A stretch of DNA of 63,442 bases, the filler included, from Nitrospinae bacterium RIFCSPLOWO2_12_FULL_45_22 (GTDB taxonomy: Bacteria; 2-12-FULL-45-22), in the NCBI GenBank assembly GCA_001803565.1. It is 6 parts of 6 records of this genome, joined end to end, with 100 filler letters (N's around TTAATTAATTAA, not from the genome) between each part and the next. Parts side by side here need not be neighbours in the genome. Positions count along the whole stretch, not along the records: positions 39,304 to 54,643 come from MHDQ01000038.1; positions 54,744 to 63,442 come from MHDQ01000042.1; 4 more parts are not named here. The stretch is one strand, 5' to 3'. The translations under genes and the position numbers were made by a program. Positions 51,395 to 61,614 of this stretch are shown here, one piece after another; positions within the stretch are counted from its first letter, which is position 1, and every line of letters begins with the position of its first letter. Under the pieces are notes generated by a model. It made no database searches and was not told where the DNA came from. It saw nothing but the letters and a program-made list of their open reading frames with translations.

Positions 51395-53701
51395 TTATTG
51401 CAAATAGTGGGAGAGGGCAGTATAGCGGTTTTTTACCTTATCGTTTTTCACGGCAATAGCCGCCGCCCTCTTATCCCCAACTAATACCGCTAGTTCCTTT
51501 GCCCGAGTTAGCGCAGTGTAAAGGAGGTTACGCTGGAGCAGGAGGTAGTGCTGGGTAGAAAGGATGATAATAACGGCAGGATACTCGCTCCCTTGAGATT
51601 TATGCACCGATATAGCATAAGCCAACTCGATCTCATCTAATTCATTATAGTCGTAATCTACTAAACCATGATCATACTGTACTGTTATCATCTGGTCTTC
51701 TGGCTGAATTTTTATGATACGACCTATATCACCATTATATACCTCCTTATCGTAGTTGTTCTTTATCTGCATGACTTTGTCTTGCACCCGGAGCGTCTTA
51801 GCGCCTATTTTAAATTCTCTACCGTGCGAGTTCAAGGTCTCTTGGAGCTCAAGATTAAGGTTTATAACACCTATTAGCCCTTTGTGCATAGGGGTTAAAA
51901 CCTGGATATCATGGATAGGATGGAAATTATAATGTCTTGGTATCCAGTAAGTATATAACCATTTTATTTTAGCCAGGAGTTTTTCGGGCTCCTCTTCTTG
52001 TACAAAATAAAAATCTTTTCTCCTGTCCCCTTCTATAGAAGGGAGATAGGGAAAGATGCCGTTATTTATTTTATGGGCATTGACGACAATGGTACTCTCT
52101 TGTGCCTGGCGAAAGATCTCTGTGAGATAAACAGTCTTTACCCTGCCGGAAGCTATTATATCTTTTAATACATTCCCTGGCCCTACCGATGGGAGCTGAT
52201 TAACATCCCCAACCAGGATAAGATTCGTCCGGGGTGGTATAGCCTTCATCAAATGCTGCATCAGGAAAATATCAATCATAGAGGCTTCATCTACTACCAG
52301 GAGATCGGTTTCTAAAGGGTTTTGCTCGTGTCGCTGAAATCCACCTTTCTGGTAGCTATATTCTAACAGGCGATGGATAGTCATGGCTGGATAACCGGTA
52401 GCTTCTGACATGCGTTTAGCGGCCCTACCGGTGGGGGCAGCCAGGAGTATTTGGGCTTTTAGGCGGCTATAAATTTCAATAAGGGCATTAATCAGGGTAG
52501 TCTTACCCGTGCCAGGACCACCGGTAATAACCATTACCTTATGTTCTAAGGCAGCGCGAACAGCTTCTTTCTGTTGCTCGGCCAGCTTTATCTTCAGTTT
52601 CTCTCCTATCCAGCCCAAGGCCCTTTCTGGCTCAATCTTTTGGAGCTGCATAACGGATTCTGTCAGGGCCTTTATCCGCCTTGCTACCATCTTCTCGGCC
52701 CAATAGTTTTCGGGTAAATATACCGGGGCTTGGGGGTCAGGGCTCAGGGATTGGGCTTCTTGGTTCTTGGTTCCCTGATCCCCGAGCCCCGAGCCCAGAT
52801 CCCCAATAACTACCTTCTTGGTCTGGGTTAAACCTTCCAGTACCCCTCGTACTAATTCCTCATCTACCCCCAATTTTTCTGCCCCGATATTTATTAAACT
52901 ATGAGCAGGGTAGTAGAGATGTCCTTCGTCGGTCATTTCTTTTAAGGTATAAACTATTCCGGCCTGGAGCCTCTGAGGGGATTGTGGGGTAAAGCCAAGG
53001 CTCTGGGCAATCTTATCTGCTGTCTTAAAGCCAATGCCAAAGATATCGGTAGCCAGGCAATAGGGGTTTTCCTTCAGGACATTTATCGCCTCCTTACCAT
53101 AATGTTTATAGATCTTGGCCGAATACCCTGCGCTAATCTCGTAGCTCTGCAGGAAGATCATTACCTCACGGATATCCTTTTGGGTTTGCCAGGATTCTGT
53201 TATCTGTCTTGCGCGATATTCTCCTATCCCCTCCACATCCTTCAGCCTCTGGCTATCCTTCTCAATAATATTTAGCGTTTCAGTACTAAACTTCTCTACC
53301 AGCCGTTTAGCCATAACCGGGCCGATCCCTTTTATTGTACCTGACCCAAGGTATCGCTCAATACCCTGGATAGTAGCAGGGATAAGGGGTAGACAGGTTT
53401 CTACCTGGAACTGTTCTCCATAAGTCTTATGTTGTACCCATTCGCCGGTTACCCTGAGGGTATCACCTGGATTATGAGGGATCAAGTTGCCAGTAATCAC
53501 TATGGTCCCTTTACCACCCAGGAGCCGCAGCTTGGCCACAGTATAATTATTCCCTTCATTAAAAAAGATTAATTTTTCTAGAGTACCTTCGAGGGTCTTA
53601 TCTTTCTTCCCCTTGCTCTTGGCCTCAGCGCTAATCTGGTATGAGTTCATGTATCTCTGGGGGTATGGTAAAGATGTTTTCTGTGAGTCTCTTGCTGCCA
53701 T
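51395..53701 (-). CDS. recD2: RecD2 (YrrC-type) helicase; start may be 53650
   Basis: YGEQF, YLGSG.IKGIG, NPY.L..I.GIGFKTAD, TGGPGTGKT, APTGRAAKR, VDEASM, GD..QLPSVG, YAISVHKSQGSE, YTALTRAK. Confidence 0.93.
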   Translation of the reverse strand: MAARDSQKTSLPYPQRYMNSYQISAEAKSKGKKDKTLEGTLEKLIFFNEGNNYTVAKLRLLGGKGTIVITGNLIPHNPGDTLRVTGEWVQHKTYGEQFQVETCLPLIPATIQGIERYLGSGTIKGIGPVMAKRLVEKFSTETLNIIEKDSQRLKDVEGIGEYRARQITESWQTQKDIREVMIFLQSYEISAGYSAKIYKHYGKEAINVLKENPYCLATDIFGIGFKTADKIAQSLGFTPQSPQRLQAGIVYTLKEMTDEGHLYYPAHSLINIGAEKLGVDEELVRGVLEGLTQTKKVVIGDLGSGLGDQGTKNQEAQSLSPDPQAPVYLPENYWAEKMVARRIKALTESVMQLQKIEPERALGWIGEKLKIKLAEQQKEAVRAALEHKVMVITGGPGTGKTTLINALIEIYSRLKAQILLAAPTGRAAKRMSEATGYPAMTIHRLLEYSYQKGGFQRHEQNPLETDLLVVDEASMIDIFLMQHLMKAIPPRTNLILVGDVNQLPSVGPGNVLKDIIASGRVKTVYLTEIFRQAQESTIVVNAHKINNGIFPYLPSIEGDRRKDFYFVQEEEPEKLLAKIKWLYTYWIPRHYNFHPIHDIQVLTPMHKGLIGVINLNLELQETLNSHGREFKIGAKTLRVQDKVMQIKNNYDKEVYNGDIGRIIKIQPEDQMITVQYDHGLVDYDYNELDEIELAYAISVHKSQGSEYPAVIIILSTQHYLLLQRNLLYTALTRAKELAVLVGDKRAAAIAVKNDKVKNRYTALSHYLQ
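52725..52804. repeat. Heptameric inverted-repeat insertion in frame within recD2
   Basis: GGGGCTT GGGGGTC AGGGCTC AGGGATT GGG ... CCCTGAT CCCCGAG CCCCGAG CCCAGAT CCCC; translates as GDLGSGLGDQGTKNQEAQSLSPDPQAP. Confidence 0.8.
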
Positions 53702-54512
53702 TTTTCCTGGCTAAACGCCTTAGTCTCTTGGCGGCTGCCAGGTTATCCCTTCCCACCGGATCGTATTTTAAGCAGAGGGCCATTTCTTGGTTATTGAGGA
53801 GGTTTATGATCAGGACAATAGATAAATCTAAGAGATATTTAATATACTGAGGGGATAGCCCTCCGGAAGCGTTTTGATAAATATGGGTTACAGATCTTTG
53901 CCATCTACCCAGTTCATGAAGCCTTACCACCCTCAGATATATCTCTTTTTTTGTCCGGAAGGGAATTAATTTATCCGGTATTATTGCCTGCAATAAATGG
54001 TCATTATCATTATTGTATCGCTCTAGCACTTCTCGAGCCAGGACCCAATACTTCTCTGCAATGTATTCATCGGACCTCACTTCCCAATACAGATGTCCTA
54101 ATCGCCTGGTGGAAGGGGTAAGATACAACTGGTTAGGGACATAGAAATTATGGGCTATTATGTCGGCGGCCAAATGGGATAGATAGCCAAAGGTAAAGGC
54201 CTGGTGACTACTTTTTTTTGCCTTGCTTAGCATATTCTGTCCCACAGACCAGTTGTGGCAGTGGTCGTCCCGGCGCTTCTGTCCTTTACCTATAAATATA
54301 TCCGCGCTGATGCAACCATATAAATAATCCCAGGAATACTCGGCCAGTAGCTTTGCCAACCAGGGGGCCAGCAGGTTCAGCCCATTGAGGACATGGGTCC
54401 CATGCAAGATATGTACCCCTGGCCCCCAGCTATATCCGGCATCAGGAAACAAAAGGATATTTAGTATCAGCAGAAATAGGCTCTTAATAAATAGCACCCC
54501 CGCTCTCCTCAT
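53631..54512 (-). CDS. Zinc-dependent phospholipase C / S1-P1-like family protein
   Basis: Signal peptide then WGPGVH, GCISAD, HCH.W, GYLSHLAAD..AHN..VP, H.YWE. Confidence 0.8.
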   Translation of the reverse strand: MRRAGVLFIKSLFLLILNILLFPDAGYSWGPGVHILHGTHVLNGLNLLAPWLAKLLAEYSWDYLYGCISADIFIGKGQKRRDDHCHNWSVGQNMLSKAKKSSHQAFTFGYLSHLAADIIAHNFYVPNQLYLTPSTRRLGHLYWEVRSDEYIAEKYWVLAREVLERYNNDNDHLLQAIIPDKLIPFRTKKEIYLRVVRLHELGRWQRSVTHIYQNASGGLSPQYIKYLLDLSIVLIINLLNNQEMALCLKYDPVGRDNLAAAKRLRRLARKNGSKRLTENIFTIPPEIHELIPD

Positions 54513-54643
54513 GGTTAATAAAAGATGTTAGACAAGAATTCTCTTCGTGCTATCCAGGCCCCGGGTAAATACGTGCCTGGAATATTTTCTCATCGCTAAT
54601 AAAGAATTAGTCTAATATAAGAAAACAACCAGTGTCAATAAAA

Positions 54644-54743
54644 NNNNNNNNNNNNNNNNNNNNNNNNNNNNNNNNNNNNNNNNNNNNTTAATTAATTAAN
54701 NNNNNNNNNNNNNNNNNNNNNNNNNNNNNNNNNNNNNNNNNNN
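54644..54743. other. Artificial contig junction
   Basis: N run containing TTAATTAATTAA. Confidence 0.98.
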
Positions 54744-56207
54744 GAAACAGTTGTTCGGGTAAAACTTCCCAGGTTATTTGCTCCTAAAGAGACAATAAGC
54801 TTACGGATTAAGTTTCTCACAAAGCTTCCCCAAATAGTGCTTAGAACTGGCTATATTGACGATTTTTATTTAATCTCTCTCTGGTATCCTAAATTAGCAG
54901 CGTTTCATAAAGATGAATGGAAATATTATCCCTTCCACCCCAGGAGCGAATTTTTTTCGAATTTCGGAAGTTATAAAGTGTGGGTAACAGTACCAGAGAA
55001 TTTTATAGTTGGCGCTTCTGCGGAGTGTTTAGATAGCACCAACAATCAAGATGGAACGAGAACCCTTTATTTTTTTATAAAGAATATCCATGATTTTGTC
55101 TGGGCTGCAAGCCCAAACTTCAAAATTCTGACCTCTTCATTTGGTAATTCTAAAATAAATTTCCTGTATCAAAGGGCAACTCAAAAAAGGGCGGATGAAT
55201 TTCTTCAGGTTATTCGTGATGGTCTCTTGTATCTTTCAAAGATTATAGCCCCATATCCTTATCCGATATTTACCTTTATAGAACCTCCAAGTGGAATACC
55301 AGGAGCAACTGGCATTGAGTTCCCTCTCCTAATTACTGCAAGCTTAGCCCCTCCTCCATTTCCGTTAAACGATCATATCTTAAAAACTCATCTCTATCAC
55401 GAGATTAGCCATCAATATTGGTATGGAGTGGTTGGGAATAATGAGCTAGAAGATGCTTGGCTGGACGAAGGTTTAGCCTCATACTATGCAGAAAAGTTAA
55501 CTCGCCATTTTCGTGGAAATAATGCCGATATATTGGATACTGGAAAGATAAAAATCGGGTTTACAGACCTTAAAAGAGCTTTCTATATCATGAATTTGAC
55601 AGATGGGCCTACCAAGAAATACCCTTGGGAATTTAAAGATTGGACAAGTTATTATGCCCATAATTATGCAAAGCCGTCATTACTCTTGATGACCATTGAG
55701 AATTATTTTGGTGGAGAAGAATTAGAGTTATTCTTAAAGAAATTTTATGAGAAATGGAAGTTTAACCACCCAGGCACAGAAGATTGGTTTTCTGCATTGA
55801 ATAGAGTTTTTCCTAAATGGGTTAATAATTTGTTCCAATCCATGATCCTAAGAAATGACTACCTGGACTATGAGGTAATTGAAATTAAAAATGTCAGAGA
55901 AGAGAGTGGGGCTGCCAAAATTCTGGTGCGAAATAATGGGAAAGTTTTTATTCCAGTCACTGTCAGAGTATTTTTTGCCGATGGGTCCTATGGTGATCAA
56001 ATTTGGGATCCGCCTGCTAAAGAAAAAGTTATAAATTACCAAGGACAGCAGCAGGTTTTAAGAGTTGTAGTTGATCCAGAGCGAAAGATCATTATAGATA
56101 TCAATTATTCAAATAACCAAATAATGATGGCGGGACAAAATGATATCTTTAAGATCATTGAAGAAAAATATCTAGAGATTGTTAAAGCCTTTTCTCATTG
56201 TTTTTGA
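54744..56207 (+). CDS. M1-family Zn metallopeptidase, 5'-truncated
   Basis: Frame open from contig start; WYPK, HDFVWA, GIEFP (GAMEN-like), HEISHQYW..VGNNE..AWLDEG, Y.K, DPE..I.D.NYSNN. Confidence 0.9.
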   Translation, partial: ETVVRVKLPRLFAPKETISLRIKFLTKLPQIVLRTGYIDDFYLISLWYPKLAAFHKDEWKYYPFHPRSEFFSNFGSYKVWVTVPENFIVGASAECLDSTNNQDGTRTLYFFIKNIHDFVWAASPNFKILTSSFGNSKINFLYQRATQKRADEFLQVIRDGLLYLSKIIAPYPYPIFTFIEPPSGIPGATGIEFPLLITASLAPPPFPLNDHILKTHLYHEISHQYWYGVVGNNELEDAWLDEGLASYYAEKLTRHFRGNNADILDTGKIKIGFTDLKRAFYIMNLTDGPTKKYPWEFKDWTSYYAHNYAKPSLLLMTIENYFGGEELELFLKKFYEKWKFNHPGTEDWFSALNRVFPKWVNNLFQSMILRNDYLDYEVIEIKNVREESGAAKILVRNNGKVFIPVTVRVFFADGSYGDQIWDPPAKEKVINYQGQQQVLRVVVDPERKIIIDINYSNNQIMMAGQNDIFKIIEEKYLEIVKAFSHCF

Positions 56208-56467
56208 AAATAGGCATATTTTTTTAATCTCCAACAAATCTTTCTTATCCTTAACGACCTTCCTTGGTAATAATCCCCAGGGGTAATTTATTATCCCTTT
56301 CGTAATAACCCCTCAAATGCCACTTGCTGGGTTCTTCTTTTGTCTCTTTCCTGATTTCTTATCCAGGGTATTTAAACCTATTATGCCTTTACAGTCCTAG
56401 AAGGATGAAAATCCTAGAGAAGAAACTTCAAGCATAACAGCAATTCTCGGTCAACTTGTAAATCCTT

Positions 56468-56557
56468 GATATTTCTTCGCTTTGCTCACAATGACACTCT
56501 CTTATTATTGCGAAGCTTGTCCGGAGCCAGAACGAGGGAACTCGAGGAAGCAATCCC
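56468..56557. repeat. Degenerate GAGATTGC...GCAATGAC-type palindrome doublet with a nested 30-nt unit
   Basis: GATATTTCTTCGCTTTGCTCACAATGAC and TTATTGCG[AAGCTTGTCCGGAGCC...AGGGAACTC]GAGGAAGCAATCCC; the nested unit recurs inverted at 63211-63240. Confidence 0.6.
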
Positions 56558-56622
56558 GTCCTCTGGGAATATAATATATGCTTCCCTGTAACTGAGGTAT
56601 TACATATGTCCCAAAATTCATC

Positions 56623-56651
56623 TTGACTCTGCTGCTACAACTTGATATAAA
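56623..56651 (+). promoter_or_regulatory. Putative sigma70 promoter
   Basis: TTGACT-17-TATAAA with TGn extended -10. Confidence 0.45.
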
Positions 56652-56891
56652 TTTTTTAGCTATTGCATCCCCTGGAAAAGCACCCTTAGAAGCTAATAAA
56701 GCTATCTGTTTTTAGCGGATATTGGAGGGTAAAAAAGAGTAAGTTCTTATCCCTATAATATCTGTTAAGTAGTGGTGAAGTGTCAAAACACCACCGCGAA
56801 GCCAATGGCAAAGGAGAGCCATTTTACCATGTTAGGATTTCGAAGACAATATTGAATCAATGTTCATTCGAGCGAGGATGATCCTTTATCT

Positions 56892-57128
56892 ATGCCGACT
56901 GTTTTTCAGGACGGTCCTTATAGTTTTGTCTTTTTTAGTTCCGATCAGGGTGAACCTCCTCACATCCACGTTAAACGTGAACGGCAAATTGCCAAATTCT
57001 GGCTCAATCCTACTTCACTCGCCAAAAATCGAGGCTTCAAAGAGCACGAACTGAACGAGATAGGCCGGCTTGTTGTAAAGCATCAAAAACCACTATTGGA
57101 GGCTTGGCATGACTACTTTGGTTCTTGA
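56892..57128 (+). CDS. DUF4160-family protein (predicted TA component)
   Basis: MPTVF..GPY.F.FFS.D..EPPHIHV.R....AKFWL.P; overlaps the next gene. Confidence 0.85.
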   Translation: MPTVFQDGPYSFVFFSSDQGEPPHIHVKRERQIAKFWLNPTSLAKNRGFKEHELNEIGRLVVKHQKPLLEAWHDYFGS

Positions 57129-57417
57129 AAGAGAGCCAGTCGTGATTAACGTCACGATAACGGATGAAAAGCTGACGGTAGACCTTGACGACGGTCGAAG
57201 CCTTATAGTTCCACTTGACTGGTATCCACGCCTCGTACACGCTTCTCCAAAAGAGCGAAACAACTGGCAGTTGCTAGGAGACGGCTACGCCATCGAGTGG
57301 CCTGACCTAGACGAACATATCGGTATTGAAGGCTTACTGGCCGGACGGCGCAGTGGCGAAAGTAAGGAATCGTTTCAACGCTGGCTGGCTTCTCGTCAAA
57401 GTGTAACTCACGCCTGA
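57109..57417 (+). CDS. DUF2442-family protein (predicted TA partner)
   Basis: L.VDLDDGR.L.VPL.WYPRL..A...ER.NW...G.G..I.WPDLDE.I..EGLL.G. Confidence 0.88.
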   Translation: MTTLVLEREPVVINVTITDEKLTVDLDDGRSLIVPLDWYPRLVHASPKERNNWQLLGDGYAIEWPDLDEHIGIEGLLAGRRSGESKESFQRWLASRQSVTHA

Positions 57418-58137
57418 AACATTAAAGCCGAAATGATCCGATCGGGCCAAAATCACAGGTGAGTAGTTTATTACCATCAGGAGAGATACATCATTGGGGA
57501 TCAGATCCGCCGACCCAAGGAATTGACTGAAGCAAGCAGTGACAATAGGAGGAACGATGAATCGGATTATCTGCTTGTAGGTAAGGTTTTCCGGAGAGGA
57601 TTTCATGCCTTCATTTTATTCTAATAATATTTTATCTATGAGGAAGATTTACAAATGAGACCGATATGGGAAGGGTTATTTTAGCCTATATCTGGTAAAA
57701 TCTTAAATCTGGCTATCCGCATGACTACCAATGCTCCAATATGCAGAACATTCGGACCGCGTTGAACATTGAGCCCGTTAAAGGCCAAGACATTTGTGGC
57801 GTTAGTTAGCAAGTTGAGCCCCCAAGATTTAGCCGTAGTGGTACCCAACCGGATAACCAGAATCTTACATTTGCTGGGATAGATTGGTATGTGTAGTCCA
57901 CTCCTTGGGATAATTGGGATAATAGCAAGATTACTGTTTAAAAGCTGTACTCAAAAACTTAGAGGTTATCCCCATTGACAATATAAAGCTTACAGTTTTT
58001 CCTGATGGTTCAATTTCATCGGCATGGGGAGCGGTTTCCCCCGCCGATAACAATTTTTTACCATCTCATTTTCTATAATCTCGAAATATGATAATTATCT
58101 TATTGCCATTAAAAATAACTCCCAAAATGGATTAAGG

Positions 58138-61100
58138 ATGACAATTTCGGTCAAAGACAAGGATTTAAGTCAATTTAAGCTTCAGATTAAAAGAGATAAT
58201 GGCAGATACGCCGTTGTCTCTTCCGCAAGCGGTTTTGAAGCGGAAAGATTTTTTCCTGATCAGGATGAAATCACTAGAATTATGAAGCGTTCCAGGCTGA
58301 TAGATTCTTTATTAATAAACCCCACCGCCCATCGGTTTACAACTGAATTTATAGAGATAGGCAGTGAGATTTATGGGCTATTCCTGAGACCATTCAGCAA
58401 ACTTGAAGAATTTATAAACTACTCTATCTCCCAAAACAGCGCTATCCTGATAAACATCCAGACAAATGACCATGATATAAGCCGTCTGCCCTGGGAGCTT
58501 TTATATTCTCCTGAATATCAATTCATAGCCACATCCCCACGATTTCAGATTATACGAACTATTGAGGATAGCGGCGCTCATAGCAGAGAGCTTTCCGCAG
58601 GTCCGCTCAGGATCTTGTTTATGGCATGCTCGCCGGATGGGACAGAGCCGTTATTAAATTATGAGAAGGAAGAGGAGATAATCCTCAATGCCGTAGCTGA
58701 CCTTAAGAGAAAAAAAGAGCTGGAGATAGACATTGCCGAAGGGGGGACATTAGAAGAGTTAAAAGAGATGCTAGCAAAGAAAGCGTACCATGTCGTCCAC
58801 CTCTCAGGCCATGGGTATTATGACGAACAACAGAATACCGGCTACCTGAGCATGGAAAATGAATCAGGGACTGAAAAAAAGGTAAGTGCAAAGGAGCTTG
58901 CAGACACTCTTATCGGATACGCATCCATTCGTTTATTATTCCTGAGCGCCTGCCAATCAGGAAGAGAAGAGGCGCCAAACACTGGGTTTGCATGCTCCCT
59001 TATATCAAACGGCATTCCGATGGTCATTGGAATGAAACAGGCCGTTAGCGATTATGCCGCTTCATTTATGGAAGAATCATTCTATAGACACCTGACATTA
59101 AAAAGGTCTGTTTCTCATGCATTTCAGTTATCGAGAGAAGAGTTTGCAAAAAAACATAGTGGCAACTTCCAGTGGGCTATCCCTGCAATATTTAGCAGAG
59201 TTGAGGATACGTCAATAGTCGATTGGACTAAACCGTTAATCCCCATTAAAGAGAGGGAGACTTCCATTATCCTTTATGGTGGGGTAGAACATTTAAAAGA
59301 GGGTTTTAGAGGGAGGCGCAGAGAATTACGGGAATATCTAAAAATACTAAGAGGAGGACCGCCATCGACAATATGTATAACAGGGGCAGGGGGGGTAGGT
59401 AAATCAACCCTGGCTAGCAGGCTGACCGATAGGCTCCACAAATCCGGGTACATGGTTATCCCATTAAAGGGCGAAATAACACCTGATAGATTCATACAAG
59501 AGACCATCAACACACTGGTTGCCGAAAAAGAATGGGAGCATCTGGAAATCTTAAAGAGATTGGTAGATTACAATGAAAAGATCATATACATAATATCCAA
59601 CATATTAGGAACAAGAGAGACCATCTACCTCCTGGATAATTTTGAAGACAACCTGAAACAGTCTGCAAGATTTAGAGAATTTAAAAATCCATTCTGGGAG
59701 GCATCTTTCAAGACTATATTAGAGCAACTCCCGCACACCTGCTCAAGGATGCTGATTACCTGTAGATATACTATCCCCCGCATTCCAGAAAACCTTTTAT
59801 TCCAGAGGCCTTTAAAAGAGATGTCTGAAGGAGAGGCAAGGAAGCTTATGATATTCAATAAAGATTATGCAGGGATAGACCTAAAACAGATAAGAGAGGT
59901 CTATCAAGCAATAGGCGGGAACCCAAAGGCAATAAAGGAGTTAGGAAGGCTTCTATATAAAGGAGATATTACCTGGGAATCTTTAAAAGAAAAACTGGGA
60001 AAGGTAACAAAAGAGATGCGGGAATTCACCATCTTTGAACAGCTTTACAACTTTCTAAGCAGGGAAGAACAGGGATTTTTCCGCAGGGTCTCGGTATATC
60101 GGGGGCCCGTGGGATTAGATGGGATAAAGGTTCAAGAACCAGATGATTCTAAGGCAAAAGATTATATAAAGAGATTGGTAGACTACAGCCTGCTCCAGCA
60201 ATATGAGGATAATATCTATGCCAGAGAATATTATCAGGTACACCTGCTAAACCGGGAGAATATCAGGCAAGAGTGGTGGCAGGAAGGAGAGAAAGAAAAG
60301 GCACACCAGAATGCAGCAGGATATTATCTACGTTTTGAAGATAAGCGTTTTAGGATAGAGAGTCTATCTAATGCGGTCTATCAACTTAGGTCCGGGAAAA
60401 TGTATAATCAGATGGCAGAATTGATTACTAAGTATGCAAACCAGTTGATATTAAAGGGCTTTTGGGATGAAGGCATCTATCTCCATCAGTCTATCCTGGA
60501 AGAAAAAGGCTCAGTTGAGAAGAGGTTTTCAGGGATTGCCTACAACAATATTGGAGGAATCTATGACAGCAAAGGCGAGTGGGACAAGGCCTTAGAATAT
60601 TATCTTAAGGCTGAGGAGATATTGATTGAAGTGGGTGACACGGCCGGTTTAGGGTCTACTTACAATAATATTGGATTAATCTATTCAAAGAAAGGCGATT
60701 GGGACAGGGCCTTGCAATACTATCTTGAGGCGGAAAAGATATCGATTGAAGTGGGAGACAGGGCAGGTTTAGCTCCTACATACAACAATATTGGAAGAAT
60801 CTATGATAACAAAGGCGATTGGGACAAGGCCTTGCAATACTATCATAAGGTTGAAAAGATAAGTATTGAAGTGGGAGACAGGGCAGGTTTAGCCACGACT
60901 TACAACAATATTGGATTAATCTATCATAACAAAGGCGAGCAGGACAGGGCCTTAGAATATTATCTTAAGGCTGAAAAGATATTGATTGAAGTAGAAGACC
61001 GAGTAGGTTTAGCTCGCACTTACAACAATATTGGATCAATCTATTCCGAAAAAGGAGAGAGGGACAAAGCCTTAGAAAAATTTCTTGAGGTTGAAAAGAT

Positions 61101-61590
61101 AAGTATTGAAGTGGGAGACAGGGCAGGTTTAGCCACGACTTACAACAATATTGGATTAATCTATTATAACAAAGGCGTATGGGACAGGGCCTTGCAGTAC
61201 TATCTTAAGGCTGAAAAGATATTGATTGAAGTAGGCGACAGGGCAGGGTTGGGGACGACTTACAACAATATTGGAGGAATCTATTCCAAGAAAGGCGTAT
61301 GGGACAGGGCCTTGCAGTACTATCTTAAGGCTGAAAAGATATTGATTGAAGTAGGCGACAGGGCAGGGTTGGCCGTTACCTATTTCAACACCGGTGCAAG
61401 CTATTTAAATAAAAATAATAAGGAAAAGGGAGATAGTTACATCGTCCTTGCAGGATATATTGCCATAACCCTCGGCATGAAGCATGAGCTTTCCCAAATG
61501 CGATGTGCATTAGAACCTATAATTAAAGAGATAGGTGAAGAAGGGTTTATGGAGATCGGAAAAAGACTTTATGAAAGCAAAAAATTATAA
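58138..61590 (+). CDS. CHAT (caspase-like) protease - STAND/NB-ARC NTPase - TPR array (NLR-like)
   Basis: LPWELL, VVHLSGHG (His), LFLSACQS (Cys), FRGRRRE, GAGGVGKS (Walker A), YLLDNFED (Walker B), LITCR, GGNP, 40-aa TPR repeats. Confidence 0.92.
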   Translation: MTISVKDKDLSQFKLQIKRDNGRYAVVSSASGFEAERFFPDQDEITRIMKRSRLIDSLLINPTAHRFTTEFIEIGSEIYGLFLRPFSKLEEFINYSISQNSAILINIQTNDHDISRLPWELLYSPEYQFIATSPRFQIIRTIEDSGAHSRELSAGPLRILFMACSPDGTEPLLNYEKEEEIILNAVADLKRKKELEIDIAEGGTLEELKEMLAKKAYHVVHLSGHGYYDEQQNTGYLSMENESGTEKKVSAKELADTLIGYASIRLLFLSACQSGREEAPNTGFACSLISNGIPMVIGMKQAVSDYAASFMEESFYRHLTLKRSVSHAFQLSREEFAKKHSGNFQWAIPAIFSRVEDTSIVDWTKPLIPIKERETSIILYGGVEHLKEGFRGRRRELREYLKILRGGPPSTICITGAGGVGKSTLASRLTDRLHKSGYMVIPLKGEITPDRFIQETINTLVAEKEWEHLEILKRLVDYNEKIIYIISNILGTRETIYLLDNFEDNLKQSARFREFKNPFWEASFKTILEQLPHTCSRMLITCRYTIPRIPENLLFQRPLKEMSEGEARKLMIFNKDYAGIDLKQIREVYQAIGGNPKAIKELGRLLYKGDITWESLKEKLGKVTKEMREFTIFEQLYNFLSREEQGFFRRVSVYRGPVGLDGIKVQEPDDSKAKDYIKRLVDYSLLQQYEDNIYAREYYQVHLLNRENIRQEWWQEGEKEKAHQNAAGYYLRFEDKRFRIESLSNAVYQLRSGKMYNQMAELITKYANQLILKGFWDEGIYLHQSILEEKGSVEKRFSGIAYNNIGGIYDSKGEWDKALEYYLKAEEILIEVGDTAGLGSTYNNIGLIYSKKGDWDRALQYYLEAEKISIEVGDRAGLAPTYNNIGRIYDNKGDWDKALQYYHKVEKISIEVGDRAGLATTYNNIGLIYHNKGEQDRALEYYLKAEKILIEVEDRVGLARTYNNIGSIYSEKGERDKALEKFLEVEKISIEVGDRAGLATTYNNIGLIYYNKGVWDRALQYYLKAEKILIEVGDRAGLGTTYNNIGGIYSKKGVWDRALQYYLKAEKILIEVGDRAGLAVTYFNTGASYLNKNNKEKGDSYIVLAGYIAITLGMKHELSQMRCALEPIIKEIGEEGFMEIGKRLYESKKL
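60541..61380 (+). repeat. Seven tandem 120-nt TPR-coding repeats
   Basis: TACAA(C/T)AATATTGGA recurs at 60541, 60661, 60781, 60901, 61021, 61141 and 61261; a degenerate unit starts at 61381. Confidence 0.95.
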
Positions 61591-61614
61591 CCCCAAAAAA
61601 GAGAGGTGTGGATC

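Noticed and set aside
57334-57606. 90-aa minus-strand ORF resembling a MATE N-terminus
   Set aside because: Short, overlaps DUF2442 on the opposite strand, and the similarity is too weak to call.
57655-57740. Possible Ku pseudogene remnant (MRPIWEG, then YFSLYLV after a frameshift)
   Set aside because: Only about 14 residues of similarity, needing a frameshift and followed by a stop; not distinguishable from chance without a search.
58018-58060. Hairpin upstream of the CHAT gene as a riboswitch
   Set aside because: ATCGGC..GGGGA/TCCCC.GCCGAT is a plain stem without a recognisable aptamer consensus; at most a terminator.
60541-61380. CRISPR array or DGR template/variable repeat
   Set aside because: The 120-nt period is in frame and encodes TPRs. 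There are no unique spacers, cas genes or reverse transcriptase in the window.
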